From: Octopus sinensis
Lineage: Eukaryota
Assembly (NCBI RefSeq): GCF_006345805.1
Contig: NW_021833102.1
Location: 1 to 64,000 of the forward strand
Direction: 5' to 3'
DNA length: 64,000 nucleotides
Both the position numbers and the translations under genes were made by a program. Below the pieces are notes generated by a model. The model did no database searches, was not told the DNA's origin, and saw only the letters and a list, made by a program, of their open reading frames with translations. Of the stretch, positions 54,129 to 64,000 are shown piece after piece; the stretch's first letter is position 1; each line of letters begins with the position of its first letter.

Positions 54129-54366
54129 GATTTATTTGCATATTATATTTGAAAATTTTTTACTTATATCTCTTTATCTTTTTACTATTACTGTATATCT
54201 CATTTCATTTTATATATTGCCTTTACTCATATGTAATGGTGTATTAAAGTATGGATTGAGTATCATCGGATAGTTGATGTTTTACTGATTTAAGTATATT
54301 TCTCCATTCTCTAATTTTGTAGTATATATATATATATATATATATGTATACATATATATATATATA

Positions 54367-56710
54367 TCATCATCATCGTTTAACGTCCGTTCTCCATGCT
54401 AGCATGGGTTGGACGGTTCGACCGGGGATCTGGGAAGCCAGAAGGCTGCACCGGGCTCCAGTCTTATCTGGCAATGTTTCTACAGCTGGATGCCCTTCCT
54501 AACGCCAACCACTCCGTGAGTGTAGTGGGTGCTTTTTACGTGCCACCTGCACAGGTGCCAGGCGAGGCTGGCAACGGCCACGGTCGGATTGGTGTATTTT
54601 ATGTGCCACCGGCACGGAAGCCAGTCGATGCGGTGCTGGCATCGGCCACGAGTCGGATAGTGCTTTTACGTACCACCAGACCAGGGATCCTGGCTGGGTC
54701 AATTCGATTTCGATTTCGCTTGCCCCAACATGTCTTCGCAAGCAAAGGGGGTTGGCATGGGTGCCTGTCGTACGGTCGAATTGATGTATTTTACGTGCCA
54801 CCGGCACGGAAGCCAGTGGAGGCGGCGCTGGCATCGGCCACGAGTCTGATATTGCTTTTTACGTACCACCAGACCAGGGATCCTGGCTGGTTCAATTCGA
54901 TTTCGATTTCGCTTGCCCCAACATGTCTTCGCAAGCAAAGGGGGTTGGCATGGGTGCCTGTCGTACGGTCGGATTGGTGTATTTTATGTGCCACCGGCAC
55001 GGAAGCCAGTCGATGCGGTGCTGGCATCGGCCACGAGTCTGATATTGCTTTTTACGTACCACCAGACCAGGGATCCTGGCTGGTTCAATTCGATTTCGAT
55101 TTCGCTTGCCTCAACATGTCTTCGCAAGCAAAGGGGGTTGGCATGGGTGCCTGTCGTACGGTCGGATTGGTGTATTTTATGTGCCACCGTCACGGAAGCC
55201 AGTGGAGGTGGCGCTGGCATCGGCCACGAGTCAGATAGTGCTTTTACGTACCACCAGACCAGGGATCCTGGCTGGTTCAATTCGATTTCGATTTCGCTTG
55301 CCCCAACATGTCTTCGCAAGCAAAGGGGGTTGGCATGGGTGCCTGTCGTACGGTCGGATTGATGTATTTTACGTGCCACTGGCACGGAAGCCAGTGGAGG
55401 CAGCGCTGGCATCGGCCACGAGTCTGATATTGCTTTTTACGTACCACCAGACCAGGGATCCTGGCTGGTTCAATTCGATTTCGATTTCGCTTGCCCCAAC
55501 ATTTCTTCGCAAGCAAGGGGGGTTGGCATGGGTTCCTGTTGTCGGATGAGGTTCTATATCGACTTCGCTTGCCTCAACAGGTCTTTGTGTCCAAGGGAGG
55601 AAAGGCATTCATAAGTGGGCTGGGCTCACTTGTCCTGCCTGGTCTTCTCACGTACAGCATATTTCCAAAGGTCTTGGTCGCTGGTCATTTCCTCTGTGAG
55701 GCCTAAAGTTCGAAGGTCGTGCTTCACTACCTCGTCCCAGGTTTTCCTGGGTCTACCTCTTCCACGGGTTCCCTCAACTGCTAGGGATTGGCACTTTCTC
55801 ACACACCTATCTTCATCCATTCTCGCCACATGACCATACCAGCGCAATCGTCTCTCTTGCACACCACAACTGATGCTTCTTAGGTACAACATTTCTCTCA
55901 AGGTACTAACGCTCTGTCGAGTATGTACACTGACATTACACATCCATCGGAGCATACTGGCTTCATTCCTCGCGAGCTTACGCATGTCCTCAGCAGTCAC
56001 GGCCCATGTTTCACTGCCATGTAGCATGGCTGTTCGTACACATGCATGATACAGTCTGCCTTTTATTCTTTGCGAGAGGCCTTTAGTCACCAGCAGAGGT
56101 AAGAGCTCCCTAAACTTTGCCCAGGCTATTCTTATTCTAGCAGTTACACTTTCAGCGCACCCACCCCCACTACTGACTTGGTCACCTAGATAATGGAAGC
56201 TATCAACTACTTCTAGTTTTTCCCCCTCGAAAGTCACGGAAGTTGTTTTCTGCAGATTTTCGGAGGTTAATGCTCCCGAGCATCTGCCACATACAAAAAC
56301 TATCTTCCCAGTTAGCCTACCTTTGACATTGCTGCACCTCTTATGTGTCCATAGCTTACACTGGGTACATCTTATAGAGCTTCTACCTACGCCTCTACTA
56401 CAGATCGAGCAGAGCCATCTACCTGAAGGGATTTGTGGTTTGCGTGCCTTCCTACTTATTAGGACTTTGGTTTTAGCTAGGTTGACTCTAAGGCCCCTCA
56501 ATTCTAAACCCACCTTCCAAACCTGGAACTTCTCCTCCAGTTCTGATAGTGACTCAGCAATTAGAGCAAGGTCGTCAGCGTAGAGGAGCTCCCAGGGACA
56601 ACCTGTCTTGAATTCCTCCGTTATTGCCTGGAGGACTATGTTAAATAGGAGGGGGCTGAGTACTGAACCCTGGTGGACCCCAACCTCTACATTGAATTCT
56701 TCTGTGTACG
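54367..56710 (-). mobile_element. 5'-truncated RTE-clade LINE with an open ORF remnant and an expanded 3' UTR
   Basis: ORF 55626-56717 (363 aa) is uninterrupted from GVHQGSVLSPLLF and LLYADDL to the C-terminal stop. (GAT)n tail at ~54367. Confidence 0.95.
54581..55530. repeat. 193-bp tandem repeat, ~5 copies, inside the RTE 3' UTR
   Basis: CAACATGTCTTCGCAAGCAAAGGGGGTTGG recurs about every 193 bp. ORF-track starts 54913 and 55106 differ by 193. Confidence 0.92.
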
Positions 56711-56724
56711 TATACATATATATA

Positions 56725-57016
56725 TCATCGTCATCATCATCATCGTCGTTTAACGTCCGTTCTCCATGCTAGCATGGGTTGGACTGTTCGACCGGGGTTC
56801 TGGGAAGCCAGAAGGCTGCACCAGGCTCCAGTCTAATTTGGCAATGTTTCTACAGCTGGATGCCCTTCCTAACGCCAACCACTCCGTGAGTGTAGTGGGT
56901 GCTTTTTACGTGCCACCTGCACAGGTGCCAGGCGGGGCTGGCAACGGCCACGGTCAGATTGGTGTATTTTATGTGCCACCGGCACGGAAGCCAGTCGAGG
57001 CGGTGCTGGCATCGGC

Positions 57017-57018
<2 letters not shown>
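56725..57018 (-). mobile_element. Second RTE 3' tail, head-to-tail with the preceding copy
   Basis: Near-identical to 54367-54650. Truncated at a (TA)n tract (57019-57148). Confidence 0.88.
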
Positions 57019-57104
<86 letters not shown>

Positions 57105-57107
57105 ATG

Positions 57108-57148
<41 letters not shown>

Positions 57149-60100
57149 GGCTGTCCGCTAACTCATTTTATCGATCTCGTTTGGTGGTCCGCTAATTCAT
57201 TTTACCGATCTCGTTTGGTGGTCCGCTATATCATTTTAGCGATCTCGTTTGGCGGTCCGCTAGGTCATTTTATCCGTCTCGATTGTCGGTCCGCTAAGTC
57301 ATTTTATCGATCTCGTTTGGCTGTCCGCTAACTCATTTCATCGATCTCTTTTGGCGGTCCGCTAGTTCATTTTGTCGATCTCGTTTAGCGGTCCGCTAAG
57401 GTCATTTTATAGATCTCGTTTGGTGGTGCACTAGGTCATTTTATCGATCTCGTTTAGTGGTCCGCTAAGTCAATTTTATCGATCTCGTTTGGTGGTCCGC
57501 TAAGTCATTTAATCGATCTCGTTCCGTCATCTGCTAAGTTATTTTATCGATCTCGTTTGGCGGCCCGCTAGTTCATTTTATCCGTCTCGATTGGCGGTCC
57601 GCTCAGTCATTTTATCGATCTCGTTTGGCGGTCCATTAAATCATTTTATCGATCTCGTTTGGTGGTCCGCTAAGTCATATTTTGATCTCGTTTAGCGGTC
57701 CGCTAATTCATTTTATCGATCTCGTTTGGCGATCCACTCGGTCATTTTATCGATCTCGTTTTGCGGTCCACTAAGTCATTTTATCGATTTCGTCTGGTGG
57801 TCCGCTAATTCATTTTATCGATCTCGTTTGGTGCCCCGCTAATTCATTTTATCGATCTCTTTTGGCGGTCTGCTAGTTCATTTTGTTGATCTCGTTTAGC
57901 GGTCCGCTAAATCATTTTATCGATCTCGTTTGGCGGTCCCCTAGATCATTTTATCCGTCTCGATTGGCGGTCCGCTAAGTCATTTTATCGATCTCGTTTG
58001 GCGGTCCACTAGGTCATTTTATCGATCTCGTTTGGCGGTTCGCTCAGTCATTTTGTCGCTCACGTTTAGCGGTCCGCTAATGTCATTTTATCGATCTCGT
58101 TTATTGGTCCGCTAATTCATTTTATCGATCTCTTTTGGCGGTCTGCTAGTTCATTTTGTTGATCTCGTTTAGCGGTCCGCTAAATCATTTTATCGATCTC
58201 GTTTGGTGGTCCGCCAAGTCATTTTATCGATCTTGTTTGGTTGTCCGCTAAGTCATTTTATCGATTTCATTTGGCGGTCCGCTAGGTCATTTTATCCGTC
58301 TCGATTGGCGGTCCGATAAGTCATTTTATCAATCTCGTTTAACGGTCCACTAAGTCATTTTATCGATCTCATTTGGCGGTCCGCTGTCATTTTATCGATC
58401 TCGTTTGGCGGTCCACTTGCTCATTTTATCGATCTCGTTTGGCGGTCCGCTCAGTCATTTTGTCGATCACGTTTAGCGGTCTGCTAATGTCATTTTATCG
58501 ATCTCGTTTGGTGGTGCGCTAATTCATTTTATCGATCTCATTTGGTGGTCCGCTATGTCATTTTATCGATCTCGTTTGGCAGTCCACTAGGTCATTTTAT
58601 CCGTCTCGATCGGCAGTCCGCTAAGTCATTTAATCGATCTCGTTTGGCGGTCCGCTAATTCATTTTATCGATCTCTTTTGGCGGTTCCCTAGATCATTTT
58701 GTCGATCTCGTCTAGCGGTCCGCTAAATCATTTTATCGATCTCGTTTGGTGGTCCGCTCAGTCATTTTATCGATCTCGTTTGGTGGTCCGCTAAGTCATT
58801 TTATTGATCTCGTTTCGTCGTCTGCTAAATCATTTTATCGATCTAGTTTGGCGGTCCACCAATTCATTTTATCGATCTCTTTTGGTGGTCCGCTAAGTCA
58901 TTTTTTGATCTAGTTTGGTGGTCCACTCGGTCATTTTATCGATCCCGTTTAGCGGTCCGCTAAGTCATTTTATCGATAACGTTTCGTGGTCTGCTAAGTC
59001 ATTTTATCGATCTCGTTTTGCGGTCCACTAAGTCATTTTATCGATCTAGTTTGGTGGCCCGCTAATTCTTTTTATCGATCTCGTTTAGTGGTCCGCTATG
59101 TCATTTTATCGATTTCGTTTGGCGGTCCGCTAGGTTATTTTATCCGCCTCGATTGGCGGTCCGATAAGTCATTTTATCGATCTCATTTCGCGGTCCAGTA
59201 AGTCATTTTATCGATCTCGCTTGGCGGTCCGCTGTAATTTTATCGATCTCGTTTGGCGGTCAACTTGGTCATTTTATCGATCTCGTTTGGTGGTCCGCTC
59301 AGTCATTTTGTCGATCACGTTTAGCGGTCCGCTAATGTCATTTTATCGATCTCGTTTATTGGTCCGCTAATTCATTTTATCGATCTCGTATGGTGGTCCG
59401 CTAATTCATTTTATCGATCTCTTTTGGTGGTCTGCTAGGTCATTTTGTTGATCTCGTTTAGCGGTCCGCTAAATCCTTTTATCGATCTCGTTTGGTGGTC
59501 CACTAAGTCATTTTATCGATCTTGTTTGGTTGTCCGCAAAGTCATTTTATCGATCTCGATTCGTCGTGTGCTAAGTCATTTTATCGATCTCGTTTGGCGG
59601 CCCGCTAGGTCATTTTATTCGTCTCGATTGGCGGTCCGCTAAGTCATTTTATCGATCTCTTTTGGCGATCCACTAAATCATTTTATCGAACTCGTTTGGT
59701 GGTCCGCTAAATCATTTTTTGATCTCGTTTAGCGGTCCGCTAAGTCATGTTATCGATCTCGTTGGGCGGTCCCCTCGGTCATTTTATCGATCTCGTTTTG
59801 CGGTCCACTAAGTCATTTTATCGACCTCGATTCGTGGTCCGCTAATTCATTTTATCGAACTCGTTTGGTGGTCCACTATGTCATTTTATCGATCACGTTT
59901 GGCGGTCCGCTAGGTCATTTTATCTGTCTCGATTGGCGGTCCGCCAAGTCATTTTATCGATCTCGTTTGGCGGTCCACTAGGTCATTTTATCGATCTCGT
60001 TTGGCGGTTCGCTCAGTCATTTTGTCGATCACGTTTAGCGTTCCGCTAATGTCATTTTATCGATCTCGTTTATTGGTCCACTAAATCATTTTATCGATCT

Positions 60101-63100
60101 CGTTTGGCGGTCCGCTGTCATTTTATCGATCTCGTTTGGCGGTCCACTTGCTCATTTTATCGATCTCGTTTGGCGGTCCGCTCATTCATTTTGTCGATCA
60201 TGTTTAGCGGTCCGCTAATGTCATTTTATCGATCTCGTTTATTTGTCTGCTAATTCATTTTATCGATCTCGTTTGGTGGTCCGATCAGTCATTTTGTCGA
60301 TATCTTTTGGCGTTCCACTAAGTCATTCTATCGATCTCGTTTGGCTGTCCGCTAGGTCATTTTATCCGTCACGATTCGCGGTCCGCTAAGTCATTTTATC
60401 GATCTCGTTTAGTGGTCCGCTAAGTCATTTTATCGATCTCCTTTCGTCGTGTGCTAAGTCATTTTATCGATCTCGTTTGCTGGTCCGCTAATTCATTTTA
60501 TCGATCTCTTTTGGCGGTCTGCTAGGTCATTTTGTTGATCTCGTTAAGCGGTCCGCTAAATCATTTTATCGATCTTGTTTGGTGGTCCGCTTTGTCATTT
60601 TCTCGATCTTGTTTGGTTGTCCGCAAAGTCATTTTATCGATCTCGTTTCGTCGTGTGCTAAGTCATTTTATCGATCTCGTTTGGCGGCCCGCTAGGTCAT
60701 TTTATCCGTCTCGATTGGCGGTCCGCTAAGTCATTTTATCGATCTCGTTTGGCGGTCCACTAAATCATTTTATCGATCTCGTTTGGTGGTCCATTAAGTC
60801 ATTTTTTGAACTCATTTAGCGGTCCGCAAAGTCATTTAATCGATCTCGTTTGGCGGTCCACTCGGTCACTTTATCGATCTCGTTTAGCGGTCTGCTAGGT
60901 CCTTTTATCGATTACGTTTCGTGGTCCGCGAGGTCATTTTATCGATCTCGTTTTGTGGTCCACTATGTCATTTTAACGATCTCGTTTGGTAGTCCGCTAA
61001 TTCATTTTATCGATCTCGTCTGGTGGTCCGCTATGTCATTTTATCGATGTCGTTTGGCGGACCGCTAGGTCATTGTATCCGTCTCGATTGTCGGTCTGCT
61101 AAGTCATTTTATCGATCTCATTTCGCGGTCCAGTAAGTCATTTTATCGATCTCGCTTGGCGGTCTGCTGTAATTTTATCGATCTCGTTTGGCGGTCAACT
61201 TGGTCATTTTATCGATCTCGTTTGGTGGTCCGCTCAGTCATTTTGTCGATCACGTTTAGCGGTCCGCTAATGTCATTTTATCGATCTTGTTTATTGGTCC
61301 GCTAATTCATTTTATCGATCTCGTATGGTGGTCCGCTAATTCATTTTATCGATCTCTTTTGGTGGTCTGCTAGGTCATTTTGTTGATCTCGTTTAGCGGT
61401 CCGCTAAATCCTTTTATCGATCTCGTTTGGTGGTCCACTAAGTCATTTTATCGATCCTGTTTGGTTGTCCGCAAAGTCATTTTATCGATCTCGATTCGTC
61501 GTGTGCTAAGTCATTTTATCGATCTCGTTTGGCGGCCCGCTAGGTCATTTTATTCGTCTCGATTGGCAGTCCGCTAAGTCATTTTATCGATCTCTTTTGG
61601 CGATCCACTAAATCATTTTATCGAACTCGTTTGGTGGTCCGCTAAATCATTTTTTGATCTCGTTTAGCGGTCCGCTAAGTCATTTTATCGATCTCGTTGG
61701 GCGGTCCCCTCGGTCATTTTATCGATCTCGTTTTGCGGTCCACTAAGTCATTTTATCGACCTCGATTCGTGGTCCGCTAATTCATTTTATCGAACTCGTT
61801 TGGTGGTCCACTATGTCATTTTATCGATCACGTTTGGCGGTCCGCTAGGTCATTTTATCTGTCTCGATTGGCGGTCCGCCAAGTCATTTTATCGATCTCG
61901 TTGGCGGTCCACTAGGTCATTTTATCGATCTCGTTTGGCGGTTCGCTCAGTCATTTTGTCGATCACGTTTAGCGTTCCGCTAATGTCATTTTATCGATCT
62001 CGTTTATTGGTCCACTAAATCATTTTATCGATCTCGTTTGGCGGTCCGCTGTCATTTTATCGATCTCGTTTGGCGGTCCACTTGCTCATTTTATCGATCT
62101 CGTTTGGCGGTCCGCTCATTCATTTTGTCGATCATGTTTAGCGGTCCGCTAATGTCATTTTATCGATCTCGTTTATTGGTCTGCTAATTCATTTTATCGA
62201 TCTCGTTTGGTGGTCCGATCAGTCATTTTGTCGATATCTTTTGGCGTTCCACTAAGTCATTCTATCGATCTCGTTGGCTGTCCGCTAGGTCATTTTATCC
62301 GTCACGATTCGCGGTCCGCTAAGTCATTTTATCGATCTCGTTTAGTGGTCCGCTAAGTCATTTTATCGATCTCCTTTCGTCGTGTGCTAAGTCATTTAAT
62401 CGATCTCGTTTGCTGGTCCGCTAATTCATTTTATCGATCTCTTTTGGCGGTCTGCTAGGTCATTTTGTTGATCTCGTTTAGCGGTCCGCTAAATCATTTT
62501 ATCGATCTTGTTTGGTGGTCCGCTTTGTCATTTTCTCGATCTTGTTTGGTTGTCCGCAAAGTCATTTTATCGATCTCGTTTCGTCGTGTGCTAAGTCATT
62601 TTATCGATCTCGTTTGGCGGCCCGCTAGGTCATTTTATCCGTCTCGATTGGCGGTCCGCTAAGTCATTTTATCGATCTCGTTTGGCGGTCCACTAAATCA
62701 TTTTATCGATCTCGTTTGGTGGTCCATTAAGTCATTTTTTGAACTCATTTAGCGGTCCGCAAAGTCATTTAATCGATCTCGTTTGGCGGTCCACTCGGTC
62801 ACTTTATCGATCTCGTTTAGCGGTCTGCTAGGTCCTTTTATCGATTACGTTTCGTGGTCCGCGAGGTCATTTTATCGATCTCGTTTTGTGGTCCACTATG
62901 TCATTTTAACGATCTCGTTTGGTAGTCCGCTAATTCATTTTATCGATCTCGTCTGGTGGTCCACTATGTCATTTTATCGATGTCGTTTGGCGGACCGCTA
63001 GGTCATTGTATCCGTCTCGATTGTCGGTCTGCTAAGTCATTTTATCGATCTCATTTGGCTGTCTGCTAACTCATTTTATCCGTCTCGTTTGGTGGTCCGC

Positions 63101-64000
63101 TAATTCATTTTATCGATCTCGTTTGGTGGTCCGCTATGTCATTTTATCGATCTCGTTTGGCGGTCCGCTAGGTCATTTTATCCGTCTCGATTGTCGGTCC
63201 GCTAAGTCATTTTATCGATCTCGTTTGGCTGTCCGCTAACTCATTTTATCGATCTCTTTCAGCGGTCTGCTAGGTCATTTTGTTGATCTCGTTTGGTGGT
63301 CTGCTAAGTCATTTTATCGATCTCGTTTGGCGGCCCGCTAGGTCAATTTGTCCGTCTCAATTAGCGGTCCGCTAAATCATTTTATCGATCTCGTTTGGTG
63401 GTCCGCTAAGTCATTTTATCTATGTCGTTTATTGGTCGCTAATTCATTTTATCGATCTCGTTTGGTGGTCCGCTCGGTCATTTTATCGATCTCTTTTGGC
63501 GGTCCACTAGGTCCTTTTATCGATCTCGTTTGGCAGTCCGCTAGGTCATTTTATCCGTCACGATTGGCGGTCCCCTAAGTCATTTTATTGATCTCGTTTA
63601 GTGGTCCGCTAAGTCATTTTATCAATCTTGTTTAATGGTCCGCTAGTGTCATTTTATCGATCTCCTTTCGTCGTGTGCTACGTCATTTTATCGATCTCGT
63701 TTGGCGGCCGGCTAGGTCATTTTATCCGTCTCAATTAGCTGTCCGCTAAGTCATTTTATCAATCTCGTTTGGCGGTCCACTAAACCATTTTATCGATGTC
63801 GTTTGGTGGTCCGCTAAGTCATTTTTTGATCTCGTTTAGCGGTCCGCTAAGTCATTTTATCGAACTCGTTTGGCGGTACACTCGGTCATTTTATCGATCT
63901 CGTTTAGCGGTCCGCTAAGTCATTTTATAAATAACGTTTCGTGGTCCGCAAAGTCTTTTTATCGATGTCGTTTTGTGGTCCACTAAATCATTCTATCGAC
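57149..64000. repeat. 34-bp satellite GTCATTTTATCGATCTCGTTTGGCGGTCCGCTAA, ~200 monomers, continues past the right edge
   Basis: The period was counted directly (ATTTTA at 57541 and 57575). CpG-rich, with an ATCGAT palindrome in most monomers. Confidence 0.98.

Larger units (their letters stand above)
52702..54325. repeat. ~1.62-kb near-perfect palindrome (arms ~810 bp, ~3-nt centre at ~53511)
   Basis: ATACTACAAAATTAGAGAATGG (52702) mirrors CCATTCTCTAATTTTGTAGTAT (ends 54325). The centre reads GGTAAAGAAAAAA-TAT-TTTTTTCTTTACC. The arms differ by a few substitutions and indels and in (AAT)n length. Confidence 0.97.

Noticed and set aside
54396-55549. 280-aa and related ORFs
   Set aside because: They are produced by the 193-bp repeat on the antisense strand of an RTE 3' UTR.
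57149-64000. CRISPR-like array (34-bp repeats with a short palindrome)
   Set aside because: The monomers are head-to-tail with no unique spacers, there are no cas genes, and the context is eukaryotic. The same applies to the other 34-bp arrays.

Overview
AT-rich eukaryotic DNA made almost entirely of repeats, with no convincing host protein-coding gene. The SINE and RTE families look like octopus or another cephalopod; this is recognition from memory, not a database search. Layout: a CR1-group LINE fragment and composite repeat modules (1-2.5 kb); a ~16-kb array of a 15-bp satellite (2.5-18.6 kb); a mosaic of ~2.5-kb duplicated modules with SINE debris, Penelope-like RT fragments, a 34-bp minisatellite, a degenerate (CCCTAA)n tract and a CR1-group LINE (18.6-36 kb); a transposon graveyard with a Penelope GIY-YIG fragment, Gypsy, Tc1, Helitron and RTE copies (36-52 kb); a ~1.6-kb near-perfect palindrome (52.7-54.3 kb); an RTE copy; and a different 34-bp satellite running off the right edge (57.1-64 kb). 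The top finding is a type I hammerhead ribozyme in each palindrome arm. It has a complete catalytic core, a self-complementary minimal helix III and an unusually long, well-paired helix II. This suggests an inverted Penelope-like pseudo-LTR or a retrozyme-like element. All coordinates and alignments were read by eye, so boundaries are approximate unless stated.
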